64,000 nucleotides of DNA from assembly GCA_963829525.1 (NCBI GenBank), contig CAWHIJ010000003.1, positions 480,001-544,000 of the forward strand, given 5' to 3'. The notes beneath the pieces were generated by a model, which saw only the letters and a program-made list of their open reading frames with translations, did no database searches and was not told where the DNA came from. This DNA comes from an uncultured Actinomycetota bacterium. Its GTDB lineage: Bacteria; Actinomycetota; Actinomycetes; JAHEKZ01. Shown here piece by piece: positions 30,103 to 40,628 of this stretch (position 1 is the first letter of the stretch; every line of letters starts with the position of its first letter). Position numbers and translations under genes: made by a program.

Positions 30103-30834
30103 GTGACCACTCCCGGTATTCGCCGCTCGGCGGCCCGTTGGGCCGCTGAGACGCCCACGGGCCGGGTTCGCAGGGCACGGAAGATCAACAAGGAGCTCGC
30201 CGAGCTCTATCCCGATGCTCATTGCGAGCTGGACTTCACGACTCCCCTTGAGCTTCTGGTGGCCACCATCTTGTCGGCCCAGTGCACCGACAAGCGGGTG
30301 AACATGGTGACCCCGACACTCTTCGCCAAGTACCAGGATGCACAGTCGTACGCGGCGGCAGACCGCGTCGAACTCGAAGAGATCATCCGCTCCACTGGGT
30401 TCTTCAGGAGCAAGGCGAACTCGATCCGCACTTTGGGCCAGCAGCTTTGCGACCAGTTCGACGGAGAGGTTCCGGGACGGCTGAAAGACCTGGTCACCCT
30501 GCCGGGTGTCGGGCGGAAGACGGCCAACGTCGTCCTGGGGAACGCATTCGACGTGCCCGGGATCACGGTCGACACCCACTTCGGACGACTCTCGCGCAGG
30601 TTTGGTTGGACCGAGCAGAGCGACCCGGACAAGGTCGAGGCGGAGGTGGGGGCGCTCTTTCCCCGCAAAGACTGGACGCTTCTGTCGCACCGGTTGATCT
30701 GGCATGGCCGCCGCCGATGTCACGCACGAAGACCGGCCTGTGGCGCGTGCCCAGTCGCGCGGCTGTGTCCCGCGTACGGTGAAGGGCCGACCGAGGCGTC
30801 AGAGGCAGCCAAACTCGTCAAGGACGTGCCGTGA
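30103..30834 (+). CDS. nth: Endonuclease III
   Basis: [23 protein letters not shown] and the C-terminal 4Fe-4S Cys cluster. Confidence 0.97.
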   Translation: MTTPGIRRSAARWAAETPTGRVRRARKINKELAELYPDAHCELDFTTPLELLVATILSAQCTDKRVNMVTPTLFAKYQDAQSYAAADRVELEEIIRSTGFFRSKANSIRTLGQQLCDQFDGEVPGRLKDLVTLPGVGRKTANVVLGNAFDVPGITVDTHFGRLSRRFGWTEQSDPDKVEAEVGALFPRKDWTLLSHRLIWHGRRRCHARRPACGACPVARLCPAYGEGPTEASEAAKLVKDVP

Positions 30835-31451
30835 GGCTGCGGTGCTGGGCGGGATACCTCGTTGTGTTCGGTGTCCTCGTTGCGACGGCGCTCTCTGGCT
30901 GCGCCCCCGAGCAGGGCGCGGGGGAACGGGTCCAGCCGAGCCAGGGCAGCTCGCTGTCGAACGCCGCGGAGGGTGCAGGATCGGTGTCTTCCATCGATCC
31001 CTGCCCCGAGTCAGGTGATCCGGTCGGCCGTGGTGACGGGCTCCCCGAGATGGTGCTTGCCTGCCTTGGCCGGGGCGACCCGGTTCAGATGGCGGGCCTG
31101 ACCGGACGCCCACGGTTGGTCAACATCTGGGCCAGCTGGTGTGGGCCGTGCCGCGACGAGCTGCCATGGCTGCAGCAGGCGAACGAATCTGGGGAGGTTG
31201 ACGTCCTCGGGGTTGATGCTGAAGACCAAGCGAAGTCTGCCGGAGCGCTTCTGGCTGATCTCGACGTCACCTTCCCGTCGGTCTACGACCCCGAGAACCA
31301 GTTTGCCCGCGAGATCGGGATCGTCACCAAACCCACCACGCTGTTCGTGTCGAAGGAGGGCGAGGTCGTGTTTGTCCTACCAGGTGCGTTTGCCTCCTAC
31401 GATCAGATGCGCGACTTGGTGAGAACCCACCTCAACGTCGATCTGCCGTGA
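30831..31451 (+). CDS. TlpA-like thioredoxin lipoprotein
   Basis: Lipobox LSGC; [10 protein letters not shown]. Confidence 0.9.
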   Translation: MRLRCWAGYLVVFGVLVATALSGCAPEQGAGERVQPSQGSSLSNAAEGAGSVSSIDPCPESGDPVGRGDGLPEMVLACLGRGDPVQMAGLTGRPRLVNIWASWCGPCRDELPWLQQANESGEVDVLGVDAEDQAKSAGALLADLDVTFPSVYDPENQFAREIGIVTKPTTLFVSKEGEVVFVLPGAFASYDQMRDLVRTHLNVDLP

Positions 31452-32089
31452 CGGCACCGGGGTGGATGTCACCACTGGTCGACGCAGTCAGCTCCGTCAC
31501 GGCGGACGAGCTGACGCGGTTCCCGGCGCCGCCGGATGCCGAGCATCGTTCCGCGGTCTTGGTGCTGATCGGTGAACAGGACGACGAACCGGACGTGCTG
31601 CTGATCGAACGAGCGCATGACATGCGCTCACACGCCGGGCAGCCGGCCTTCCCGGGCGGACGGGTGGACCCGGGTGACGTCGACGCTGCTGCTACCGCTT
31701 TGCGCGAGGCTGAGGAGGAGACCGGGCTCGACCCCAGCGGTGTGGAGGTTGTCGCAGTGCTGCCGGACCTGTTCATCCCCCCTAGCGGATTCGTGGTGAC
31801 GCCGGTGCTCGGCTGGTGGGAGCGTCCAACACCGGTGTTCGCAAAGGATCCTGCCGAGGTCTCGTCGGTGCATCGGGTGCCGATCGCTGAGCTCGCCGAC
31901 CCGAAGAGGCGCTGCCAGGTTCGCCATCCGAGCGGATTCGTCGGGCCGGCTTTTGAAGTTCGTGGCCTTCTTGTGTGGGGCTTTACCGGGGGTTTGGTCG
32001 ATCGGCTGATTCACTTAGGGGGGTGGGAACAGCCGTGGAGCCCAGGCTCGCGGCTGGTCCCGCTACCTGACGACCTCGACCGTCCCTGA
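31448..32089 (+). CDS. CoA pyrophosphatase (NUDIX)
   Basis: HAGQPAFPGG, ALREAEEETG, VWGFTG. Confidence 0.92.
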   Translation: MTAPGWMSPLVDAVSSVTADELTRFPAPPDAEHRSAVLVLIGEQDDEPDVLLIERAHDMRSHAGQPAFPGGRVDPGDVDAAATALREAEEETGLDPSGVEVVAVLPDLFIPPSGFVVTPVLGWWERPTPVFAKDPAEVSSVHRVPIAELADPKRRCQVRHPSGFVGPAFEVRGLLVWGFTGGLVDRLIHLGGWEQPWSPGSRLVPLPDDLDRP

Positions 32090-32119
32090 CTCGGCATTCA
32101 TCGAAGGAGGAGGCATCGC

Positions 32120-33298
32120 ATGAGCGTCATAGACATCGTGCTGCTTGTCGCTGCCCTCCTCTTTGCCGTCACCGGGTGGCGACGTGGGCTGGTCTACGGC
32201 CTGTTGTCGCTGGTTGGCTTCTTGACCGGCGCCGCGGTTGGTCTTTGGCTTGCGCCCCAGCTTGTCGACTCGTGGACAGACGGACTTCCCAAAGCTCTAA
32301 CTGCTCTGGCGATCGTCTTCGTCTTCGCTGCCGTTGGTCAGGTGCTGGTGGGAATGGTGGGGCGACGCCTGCAGGGGGCGGTTACCTGGGGACCGATGGT
32401 CAAGCTGAACAACGTCGGCGGGGCTACTCTGTCGGTCTTCACGATGCTGCTCGTCGTGTGGTTCCTTGCGGGCGTCTATGCAACCGGAAACCCGAGCTCA
32501 CTGGCCCGTGACGTGCGTCAGTCGCAGGTCATTGGTGCCTTTGACTCGTTGATGCCGCTCGAGGCCTACACGGTCACTGGGCAGATCGAGTCGATGTACG
32601 ACCAGACCGGCTTCCCCACCGTGTTCACCGGGCTTGGCCCTGAGCCCATCAAGACCATCGGCGCACCCGACTCAGCAGTCCTCCGCAATGAGGCCGTGGT
32701 CCAGGCTGCCGCGCAGACGGTCAAGATCTTGGGACAGGCTCCGTCCTGCAATGCCGGGCTAGAGGGTTCTGGGTTCGCTTTCGCGCCAGGCCGCGTCCTC
32801 ACCAATGCTCATGTGGTGGCTGGGGTGAAGAGCGTGCAGGTCGTCACCGAGAGCGGCAACTCCGTCGACGGAGAGGTCGTCTACTTCGACCCCGACATGG
32901 ACCTGGCTGTGATCGACGTCGCCGAGCCCACGGTGCGTCCATTGCGGTTCTCCGACTCGGCCGCTCGTGGCGACAGTGTCGCGGTCATCGGCTATCCAGA
33001 AAACGGCGGGCTCGAAGCGACTCCGGGGCGCATCCGCGATCAGCTCGTCGCCCCCGGCAACGACATCTACGGGGAGGGGGCCGTCGTTCGCGAGGTCTTG
33101 TCCCTGCGCGCCGATGTGCGGCCGGGTAACTCCGGCGGTCCGGTCGTGAACAAGGCCGGCGAGGTCGTTGGGGTCGTCTTCGCGGCTTCACTCGACCAGG
33201 ACGACACCGGCTACGCCATGACGTCGCGTCAGGTGGCGTCGGCCGTGGCTGAAGGCCTTTCGGCAAACCGGCCGGTCAGCACCGGCCCCTGCGCCTGA
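32120..33298 (+). CDS. marP: MarP membrane serine protease
   Basis: CvpA-like TM N-terminus; TNAHVV, DLAV, GNSGGP; synteny with nth-tlpA-nudix. Confidence 0.93.
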   Translation: MSVIDIVLLVAALLFAVTGWRRGLVYGLLSLVGFLTGAAVGLWLAPQLVDSWTDGLPKALTALAIVFVFAAVGQVLVGMVGRRLQGAVTWGPMVKLNNVGGATLSVFTMLLVVWFLAGVYATGNPSSLARDVRQSQVIGAFDSLMPLEAYTVTGQIESMYDQTGFPTVFTGLGPEPIKTIGAPDSAVLRNEAVVQAAAQTVKILGQAPSCNAGLEGSGFAFAPGRVLTNAHVVAGVKSVQVVTESGNSVDGEVVYFDPDMDLAVIDVAEPTVRPLRFSDSAARGDSVAVIGYPENGGLEATPGRIRDQLVAPGNDIYGEGAVVREVLSLRADVRPGNSGGPVVNKAGEVVGVVFAASLDQDDTGYAMTSRQVASAVAEGLSANRPVSTGPCA

Positions 33299-33367
33299 GC
33301 TGTCGACGAGCCAACAGGCGCCAAGGCACGCACTTGTCGACGCTCCCCCGTGAATGAAGACTGACTA

Positions 33368-34711
33368 CTAACCGTCAGGTGGGTCGGGGTTGGTGTATTG
33401 CCAGGGTTGGGTGTGAAACTTCCGTCCGGTGGGGGTGGTCCAGGTCATGGTGCCGGTGGGGTGGAGTTCGGCGTTCCATCCGGGGGTGTGTTTGAGGCGG
33501 TGGTGCCGCCGGCACAAGACAGCGAGGTTGGTCGCTGCGGTGGGGCCTTGCGGCCAGGGCACGGTGTGGTCGAGGTCGGTGCCGGCGCTGTCGGCGGAGC
33601 GGCGGCAACCGGGGAACCGGCAGGTCACATCCCGGGCACGAACAGCCCGGTCCAGCCCTGCTGACGGCCGGTAACGTTTCTCGGCGATGTCGGTCAGGAT
33701 CCCGGTGGTCGGGTCGGTCAGCAACCGCCGCACCGTCACGTGGGATCCGACCCCGACGCCAACACCCCCATCGCCAGCATCGTCACCAGCCACTTCACGG
33801 TCACCGTTTCCTGCACCGGTTGCAATGAGCTCGTTGATTTCGGTTGCGGTGACGGGGCCGAGTCCGGGCACCCACCCAGGTTCAGCAGAGGTGCCGGTCA
33901 GGGTGTCGGCCGGGACGACAACCTGGACGGTGACCGGCGTGGGCTCAGCCCGTCCGAGGAGTAGGTCGACCAGGGTGTCGGCGCGACGTTGGTCCATGCT
34001 CCGCGCATCCTCAGCACCGAGCCCTTGGGCTGCGGTGGTCAAAGATTGTTGGATCCGGCGGGCCTGAATGCTGGGCAGCAGCGCCCACAGCTCACTCATG
34101 CCGTCCTCACCGGGGGTGACCACCACCCGCCGGTCACCCAGGGCGCGTTGCCGACGCTCCTCGGCCGCTGCCGGGTCGGCCGCGATGACCCGGCGGCGTA
34201 GCCACTCCCGTAGCTGCGGTGCGGTCCGGGACCGTCCGGGTGCGGTGGCGTACCCGACCCCGTCCGCAGCCAACGACTGGGCGTCAGCAGCGTCGAGGTG
34301 GCTGACCTGCTCACAGATGGTCGCCACTTTCCGGATGTCCAGCAGTCCGGACCGCCAAGCCCGGCCCACCTCCGGCATCTGGGCGGCCTGGCAGGCAGTG
34401 CCGTACCGGGCGGTGGCGGCCATCTTCGTCCAGCCCAGCAGCACCCCGATCTCATCGGGAACATACGTTTCGCGGCACTGCCGCGACCACATCGGCTCAC
34501 CACCGGCGACCACTTCGGCCCGGTCAGCGGCCCGCGCCCGGACCCCCATCTGCACCATGATCTGCGCTTGGCGAGCGGCCAACATCTGCGCTGCCTGCCC
34601 GCACGCCACCAGCTCGTCGCGAAGCGCATCATCACCGAGCCGCGCGACCGGTGTCGCAGCATCGAGCAGGTGATCGACCTGCTCGACGATGCTGACAGAA
34701 GAGGAATCCAT
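33368..34711 (-). CDS. DUF222 + HNH endonuclease (13E12-repeat-family-like)
   Basis: QRRADTL, VPGLGPV, YRPS..L..AVRARD.TCRFPGC, DLDH, NLAVLCRRHHRLK, WTTPTGR. Confidence 0.92.
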   Translation of the reverse strand: MDSSSVSIVEQVDHLLDAATPVARLGDDALRDELVACGQAAQMLAARQAQIMVQMGVRARAADRAEVVAGGEPMWSRQCRETYVPDEIGVLLGWTKMAATARYGTACQAAQMPEVGRAWRSGLLDIRKVATICEQVSHLDAADAQSLAADGVGYATAPGRSRTAPQLREWLRRRVIAADPAAAEERRQRALGDRRVVVTPGEDGMSELWALLPSIQARRIQQSLTTAAQGLGAEDARSMDQRRADTLVDLLLGRAEPTPVTVQVVVPADTLTGTSAEPGWVPGLGPVTATEINELIATGAGNGDREVAGDDAGDGGVGVGVGSHVTVRRLLTDPTTGILTDIAEKRYRPSAGLDRAVRARDVTCRFPGCRRSADSAGTDLDHTVPWPQGPTAATNLAVLCRRHHRLKHTPGWNAELHPTGTMTWTTPTGRKFHTQPWQYTNPDPPDG

Positions 34712-34718
34712 GACGTGC

Positions 34719-34741
34719 ACTCTTTCACCTGCCACCGACAA
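34719..34741 (-). promoter_or_regulatory. PafBC/RecA-NDp-like DNA-damage promoter, probably leaderless
   Basis: tTGTCGGTG-8nt-AAGAGT versus consensus tTGTCRgtg-8nt-TAnnnT; -10 sits 7 nt before ATG 34711. Confidence 0.55.
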
Positions 34742-34796
34742 GTCACCGACGACTTTCCCCAGGCCACACATGGCCAAACACGGCCGTCAACCAGAT

Positions 34797-34909
34797 GTGC
34801 ACTCGCCGAGCCTGAGCGTCAACGGAGTGCGCACTCGCCGAGCCTGAGCGTCAACGGAGTGCGCACTCGCCGAGCCTGAGCGTCAACGGAGTGTGCACTC
34901 GCCGAGCCT
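34797..34909. repeat. 32-bp tandem repeat, ~3.5 copies
   Basis: GCACTCGCCGAGCCTGAGCGTCAACGGAGTGC starts at 34799, 34831 and 34863, with a partial copy at 34895; no spacers. Confidence 0.95.
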
Positions 34910-34910
34910 T

Positions 34911-35816
34911 TTAGCGGTCTGGCTCGGGGTCGGCCAGCCAGTTGAGCAACTCACCGTTGAACCGGTCGGGATCTTCCTCGTGGGGAAAGTGCCCGACGCC
35001 ATCGAGCAGTCTCCAGCGATAAGGCGCCTCGACATAGCGGCTCGACCCCTGCGCGAAACCGGGTGGGAAGCAGCCGTCCGCCGTGCCGTGCACCTGCAGC
35101 ACGGGGGCGCTAACGGCATTCTGAAGCCGCCGGCGGAACCGCGCGCCGTCCGGGCGAATCATCGACCGGACGAACCATCGGTGATACTCCGCCGCGCAGT
35201 AAGCGGTGTTGCCGAGCGCGAAGGCCCGCCGATACGTCAGCGAGGTCGGCAGATCGGGCCACCCGGGAGCAGCCCACTCGTGCAGCATTGCGTCGACGCG
35301 GCTTGAACTGGCACCACTCCAGGTGCGCTCAGGCAACCAGGGCGCCTGCATCGTCCACAGTTGACGTGTGCGGTCGGGGCGTCGCAGGAGTGAGGAGCGC
35401 AGTCGAAGAGGGTGGGGGGCGGAGACTGCTGCAAACCGACGAACAGCCTTGGGCTCGTAGGACGCCAGCGTCCAGCCGACGAGTCCGCCCCAGTCGTGCC
35501 CGACCACGATCGCGTCGCGGGCGCCCAACGAGCCGATGACCGAGGCAACGTCACCGGCGAGTGACGGCAGGTCGTAACCGCGGGGAGTGTGGTCGCTGCC
35601 GCCGAAGCCTCGAAGGTCCATGGCGACGGCGCGGTAGCCGGCATCAGCCAGCGCCGGAAGCTGGTGACGCCAGGTCCACCAGAACTGAGGGAAACCGTGC
35701 AGAAGCAGCACGAGAGGGCCGTCACCGGCTTCGGCGATGTGGAACCTTGCGCCGCGCGCAGTGACGGTGCGGTGCGTCCAGGGGCCTTCGAGCGTGATCT
35801 CGCTCGCCCGCTTCAT
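34911..35816 (-). CDS. Alpha/beta hydrolase (epoxide-hydrolase-like)
   Basis: LLHGFP, DLRGFGGSD, GHDWGG, GVGHFPHEE. Confidence 0.93.
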   Translation of the reverse strand: MKRASEITLEGPWTHRTVTARGARFHIAEAGDGPLVLLLHGFPQFWWTWRHQLPALADAGYRAVAMDLRGFGGSDHTPRGYDLPSLAGDVASVIGSLGARDAIVVGHDWGGLVGWTLASYEPKAVRRFAAVSAPHPLRLRSSLLRRPDRTRQLWTMQAPWLPERTWSGASSSRVDAMLHEWAAPGWPDLPTSLTYRRAFALGNTAYCAAEYHRWFVRSMIRPDGARFRRRLQNAVSAPVLQVHGTADGCFPPGFAQGSSRYVEAPYRWRLLDGVGHFPHEEDPDRFNGELLNWLADPEPDR

Positions 35817-36265
35817 GCCTTCGATGATTCCCTGGCGGGCTCAGGGTTCCGCAACTCGGTGGGCACCGGTGGCGTGTTGGGCGGCAGCGACTCGACGATC
35901 TGCTTGGTGCGCTGCATCTCGGTTTTGGCCATCTCAGGGCCACGAGCCTTCTTGAGTCGGAAGTACCCGACAGCGCCCAAGATGATCGCAACGAACAGGT
36001 AGAACCCGGCGACGATGAGGAAGGACGCCCAGGTGGGGAGGTCGGCTACCTCGACCAGAACGTAGACGACGGCCCAGGTGACGAGCAGCCAGACCATGGC
36101 CAGCAGGACGCCGGCGACGACGAAGAGCACTGCCCCGGCAGCGCCAGCTTTGGCCGACTCACGCATCTCAGCCTTGGCGAGCTCGATCTCACCGCGGACC
36201 AGCGCGCTGAGCTCGGCGGTGATGCCAGCCACCAAAGTGCCCAGGCTCGGGCGATCGTCGGTCAT
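35813..36265 (-). CDS. Phage_holin_3_6-family small membrane protein (core gene)
   Basis: SLGTLV..LSALVRGEIELAKAE plus two TMs; conserved position next to nhaA. Confidence 0.85.
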   Translation of the reverse strand: MTDDRPSLGTLVAGITAELSALVRGEIELAKAEMRESAKAGAAGAVLFVVAGVLLAMVWLLVTWAVVYVLVEVADLPTWASFLIVAGFYLFVAIILGAVGYFRLKKARGPEMAKTEMQRTKQIVESLPPNTPPVPTELRNPEPARESSKA

Positions 36266-36347
36266 TGCTCCTCCTCGCGGGTTCGCCGGGGATCCGGCGT
36301 CCAACCCGATCTTGTCAGGTCCGGGCCGGGGCGGTCATGCCCCAGGG

Positions 36348-37598
36348 TCAAATGGTGTCGGCGGCCTCGGCCCGGCGGTAGGCCCTGTCTCGGGTCTTCA
36401 AGATGATGGCCGCGAACAATGCCGCCACCATGGAGCCGAAGAGGATCCCGGCCTTGGAGATGTTGAGCTGATCGGACGGGTCGTCGAAAGCGAGGTCGGC
36501 GATGAGCAGGCTGACGGTGAAGCCAACGCCGGAGACCAGGCTCAGACCCACCATGTCGAACCAGTTCAGGGACGGGTCAAGCTCGGCCTTGGTGAATCGC
36601 GCCGTCAGGTAGGCGCCGCCGAACACGCCGACGAGCTTGCCGATCACGAGCCCGCCCATGATTGCGTAGAGCAGAGGCTCCTTCGACCAGCTGTCCAGGT
36701 CCCCGATGTCCATGTAGACGCCCGCGGACAGGAAGGCGAAGATCGGCACGGCGATGCCGGCCGAGAGCGGTCTGACGCGGTGCTCGAGCCGTTCGGCAGG
36801 CGAGTGGTCCTCGTCGGCGTCGGGCTTAACCCGGGTCAGCAGACCGATGGCGATGCCCGCGACCGTGGCGTGGATACCGGAGTCGTGAATGAGAGCCCAG
36901 ATCACCAGTGCGAGGGGGATGTAGATCCAGCGGGTGGTGACTCGGGCCCGCTGCAGGAGGTAGTAGCCGATGAGCAGGGCGGTGGCAATGAGCAGCGGAA
37001 GCAGGCGGAGGTAGTCGGTGAAGAAGAGGGCGATGACGGTGATGGCACCGAGGTCGTCAACGACAGCAAGCGTGAGCAGGAACGCGCGCAGTGCTGGCGG
37101 CAGGTGGGAGCCGACGACTGCCAGGACGGCCAGTGCAAACGCAATGTCAGTCGCCATCGGGATGGCCCATCCCGCGCGAGCTGCGGGGTCGCCAGCCGCG
37201 ATCAGCAGAAAGACGAGCGCGGGCACCACCATTCCGCAGACGGCTGCAACGACCGGCAACACCGCCTGCGAACGTTCGCGCAGAGTCCCAACGACCAGCT
37301 CGCGCTTGAGCTCGAGGCCGGCAACAAAGAAAAAGATGGCCAGGAGGCCGTCGGCCGCCCATGTCTCCAACGAGAGGTCGAGATGAAGGGCCGCGGGGCC
37401 AACGACAAAGTCCTTGAGGTTCTCGTAGGCGTCTCGCCACGCTGAGTTGGCGACGACGAGGCCCATAACGGCCGCGACGAGCAGCAGTGCGCCGCCGACG
37501 GTTTCTTGCCGCAGCGCATCGGCGAGGAAGGTGCGCTCACCGAGCGGAAGGCGTCCGAACAGGACGCGACGCGGTGGTGGTGTTAACGGCGCAGACAC
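36348..37598 (-). CDS. nhaA: Na+/H+ antiporter NhaA
   Basis: DGLLAIFFFVAGLELKRE, GWAIPMATDIAFAL, LAVVDDLGAI, GVGFTVSL; GGAGG RBS. Confidence 0.96.
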   Translation of the reverse strand: MSAPLTPPPRRVLFGRLPLGERTFLADALRQETVGGALLLVAAVMGLVVANSAWRDAYENLKDFVVGPAALHLDLSLETWAADGLLAIFFFVAGLELKRELVVGTLRERSQAVLPVVAAVCGMVVPALVFLLIAAGDPAARAGWAIPMATDIAFALAVLAVVGSHLPPALRAFLLTLAVVDDLGAITVIALFFTDYLRLLPLLIATALLIGYYLLQRARVTTRWIYIPLALVIWALIHDSGIHATVAGIAIGLLTRVKPDADEDHSPAERLEHRVRPLSAGIAVPIFAFLSAGVYMDIGDLDSWSKEPLLYAIMGGLVIGKLVGVFGGAYLTARFTKAELDPSLNWFDMVGLSLVSGVGFTVSLLIADLAFDDPSDQLNISKAGILFGSMVAALFAAIILKTRDRAYRRAEAADTI

Positions 37599-37634
37599 CA
37601 GGACCTCCGAAGCGGGATTGGACCGGATCGGCAG

Positions 37635-37678
37635 GCACGCTGATCTCAGTCGCCGACCAGACTTCCCGGCACGCCTCG
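37635..37678 (-). ncRNA. Candidate alkali-cation riboswitch in the nhaA leader (DUF1646/Na+ or nhaA-type)
   Basis: GAGGCGTGCCGGGAAGTCTGGTCGGC just downstream of a TAGACT -10 box (37682-37687); class assignment is from memory. Confidence 0.55.
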
Positions 37679-37783
37679 CGCAGTCTATCGCTGGCCTTGG
37701 ACGACGAACGGGGCGCGCTGGCGACGGTTTGGCCAACCGGAGACGGAGTTGTGTCACCTTTGGGCAGTGAGGGCGGACTGGAC

Positions 37784-39757
37784 TCAGTCGGAGGCGCCGG
37801 GCAGTTCGCTCTCTATCAAGTTCATAACAGTTGGATCGGCCAGCGTCGTCACGTCACCCATGTCGCGGTGCTCGGCGACGTCGCGCAGCAGTCGGCGCAT
37901 GATCTTGCCCGAGCGTGTCTTGGGCAGCTCGGGCACCACCATGATCTGACGCGGTTTTGCGATCGGACCGATCTCGTGCGCAACGTGCTGTCGCAGCTCT
38001 TGCACCAGGACGTCGCCATGGGCCTTGTCGTCGGCGACGTGTCCGCGCACGATGACAAACGCGACGATGCCTTGGCCGGTAGTTGCGTCGGTGGCGCCGA
38101 CAACGGCCGCCTCGGCGACCGACGGATGTGACACGAGTGCCGACTCGACCTCAGTCGTCGAGATGCGGTGGCCCGAGACGTTCATGACGTCATCGACCCG
38201 GCCGAGCAGCCAGAGGTCCCCGTCCTCATCCTTCTTCGCGCCATCGCCGGCGAAGTACATGCCGTCATAGCGCGACCAGTAGGTGTCCTTGTAACGCTGC
38301 GGGTCGCCCCAAATGCCCCGCAGCATGCTCGGCCACGGTTCAGTGAGCACCAGGTAGCCGCCCGCACCGTCGGGTACCGGGTGTGCGTGGTCGTCCACCA
38401 CCTCTGCGCCGATGCCGGGTAGCGGCCGCATCGCCGACCCCGGCTTGGTCGCCGTCACCCCCGGCAGCGGGCTGATCATGATTGCACCGGTCTCGGTCTG
38501 CCACCAGGTGTCAGCGATCGGGCAACGATTTCCGCCGATGTGCTCGCGGTACCACATCCACGCTTCCGGGTTGATCGGCTCGCCGACCGACCCGAGCATG
38601 CGCAACGAACTCATGTCGAACTGCGCAGGGATGTTGTCGCCCCACTTCATAAAGGTCCGAATGGCCGTCGGCGCGGTGTAGAGAGTCGTGACGCGGTACT
38701 TCTCGATGATCTCCCACCACCGGCCTTGGTGTGGGGTGTCCGGTGTTCCCTCGTACATCACCTGCGTCGCACCGTTCGCCAGTGGTCCGTAGACGATGTA
38801 GGAGTGGCCCGTCACCCAACCGACGTCGGCGGTGCACCAGAAAACATCCGACTCGGGTTTGAGGTCGAAGACGTTGTAGTGCGTGTAAGCGACCTGTGTC
38901 AGATAGCCACCCGTGGTGTGCAAGATTCCTTTGGGTTTCCCCGTGGTTCCTGAGGTGTACAGGATGAAGAGGGGATGTTCACTGTCGAACGCCTGCGCCT
39001 CGTGCGACGTCGGCTGCTTGCCCACGATGTCGTGCCACCACACGTCACGTGCATCGTTCCACGCGACATCCTGCTCGGTGCGTCGGACGACCAGGACCTT
39101 CTCGATGGTTGGTGACGCGTCCGCTGCCTCATCAACAGCAGGCTTCAGTGCCATCGGCTTGCCGCGTCGGTAGCCACCGTCGGAGGTGATGACGAGCTTG
39201 GCTTCGGCGTCCTCGATGCGGCTGCGCAACGCCTCTGCGGAGAAGCCGCCGAACACCACCGAGTGGGGAGCACCGATCCGCGCGCAGGCGAGCATCGCGA
39301 TCGCAGCCTCGGGGATCATCGGCATGTAGATCGCGACGCGATCGCCGGCCTGGACGCCGAGCTCGGTCAGCGCATGCGCCGCTTGCGACACCTCGCGTTG
39401 CAGGTCGGCGTACGTGAGCGTGCATGTGTCACCCGGCTCACCTTCGAAGTGGATCGCTACTCGTTCACCGTTGCCCGCCGAGACGTGCCGGTCGACGCAG
39501 TTGACGGCAACGTTCAGAGTCCCCTCGACGAACCAGCGGGCGAAGGGGGCACCGGACCAGTCGAGCGTCTGGTTCCACGGCGTCTCCCACTGCAGCCGGC
39601 GGGCCTGCTCGTCCCAGAAGGCAAGCGGGTCCGCTGCCGCCGATGCATACGTTGCCTCGGTGGCGTTCGCCTGCGCCGCGAACTCCGGCGTCGGCGGGAA
39701 TCTCCGCTGCTCGCGGAGCAGGTTCGACAGGCTCTCGTCGCGGGGGGTGTCGCTCAC
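37784..39757 (-). CDS. acs: Acetyl-CoA synthetase
   Basis: [32 protein letters not shown]. Confidence 0.97.
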   Translation of the reverse strand: MSDTPRDESLSNLLREQRRFPPTPEFAAQANATEATYASAAADPLAFWDEQARRLQWETPWNQTLDWSGAPFARWFVEGTLNVAVNCVDRHVSAGNGERVAIHFEGEPGDTCTLTYADLQREVSQAAHALTELGVQAGDRVAIYMPMIPEAAIAMLACARIGAPHSVVFGGFSAEALRSRIEDAEAKLVITSDGGYRRGKPMALKPAVDEAADASPTIEKVLVVRRTEQDVAWNDARDVWWHDIVGKQPTSHEAQAFDSEHPLFILYTSGTTGKPKGILHTTGGYLTQVAYTHYNVFDLKPESDVFWCTADVGWVTGHSYIVYGPLANGATQVMYEGTPDTPHQGRWWEIIEKYRVTTLYTAPTAIRTFMKWGDNIPAQFDMSSLRMLGSVGEPINPEAWMWYREHIGGNRCPIADTWWQTETGAIMISPLPGVTATKPGSAMRPLPGIGAEVVDDHAHPVPDGAGGYLVLTEPWPSMLRGIWGDPQRYKDTYWSRYDGMYFAGDGAKKDEDGDLWLLGRVDDVMNVSGHRISTTEVESALVSHPSVAEAAVVGATDATTGQGIVAFVIVRGHVADDKAHGDVLVQELRQHVAHEIGPIAKPRQIMVVPELPKTRSGKIMRRLLRDVAEHRDMGDVTTLADPTVMNLIESELPGASD

Positions 39758-39855
39758 GGTGCAGTTCTCCTCGGCTGGTCTGGGCTGCTCAGGGCCGCTC
39801 ACGTCTGAACGTAGTCGAGCGATCGGGCACGCGGGAAGGATGACAGTCTTTGCCC

Positions 39856-40596
39856 GTGACGACTACCGACCCGTTGGCCACTCTCGCCGCCCTTCCTGGC
39901 GTTGCCGAGGCGATCGACGCCAGCCGGGCCGCAATGGACGGGCTCCTGCGCGAGCCGGCCCTCCGACGGCAACGGGGTGAGGTTCGGGCAGCCGCTCGAC
40001 TGCGGTCGGCTTGGGCGTCTGCGCGGCTGGCCGGAGCCGACATTGCGTGGGAGCACTTTGCGGCACCGTTTGCCGATGACCAAGATGGGCGCCTTGCAGA
40101 CGCCGCCCTGCAGGTGGCCGGTGAGGTGGGCGGGCTCGCCGATACCTGGAAACGGGCACCGCTGCAGGTCCTCGCTCGACTGCACACGGTTGCGATGTCG
40201 GAGCGGGTGGCCGAGGTCGCACTCGGACGCCCGCGCGCCGATGCAGGCGTCAGTGAACGCCTGAGGACCCTGGCCGGCGTTGTCACGCAGACGAATGCAC
40301 CGGGAGTGCTGGTCGCTGGCGTCGTCCACGCCGAGCTGATGACGCTGCAGCCTTTTGGCTCCGCCGACGACCTGGTCGCGCGTGCGGCGTCCCGCGTGGT
40401 GCTGGTCTCACGCGGGGCCGACCCCGATGCGCTGACGGTTCCGGAGATGGGGCTGCTCGAGCTCGGCGCCGAGGCCTACGGCGAGGCGTTGGAGGCTTTC
40501 GCCGAAGGGTCGCCCGTCGGGCTGGCGCAGTGGCTGACATTCCACGCGGCGTCCGTGCAGCGCGGTGCAACCTTCGCGCGCACCCTCTGCCGTTGA
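39856..40596 (+). CDS. Fic-like protein (Rv3662c-like, degenerate Fic motif)
   Basis: [35 protein letters not shown]; synteny. Confidence 0.8.
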   Translation: MTTTDPLATLAALPGVAEAIDASRAAMDGLLREPALRRQRGEVRAAARLRSAWASARLAGADIAWEHFAAPFADDQDGRLADAALQVAGEVGGLADTWKRAPLQVLARLHTVAMSERVAEVALGRPRADAGVSERLRTLAGVVTQTNAPGVLVAGVVHAELMTLQPFGSADDLVARAASRVVLVSRGADPDALTVPEMGLLELGAEAYGEALEAFAEGSPVGLAQWLTFHAASVQRGATFARTLCR

Positions 40597-40628
40597 CCCA
40601 CCTCGCCGGCACTTGACTGCGGCTGCGG

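Noticed and set aside
34797-34909. CRISPR array
   Set aside because: The 32-bp units are head to tail with no unique spacers, and there are no cas genes in the window.
35813-36265. Phage lysis holin
   Set aside because: The family label is nominal; this is a core gene in the conserved nhaA-hydrolase neighbourhood with no endolysin.
36078-37445. Long antisense or alternate-frame ORFs (e.g. 36078-37445, 51000-51983, 17276-18049)
   Set aside because: They shadow well-supported genes and are expected from high GC3 codon bias.
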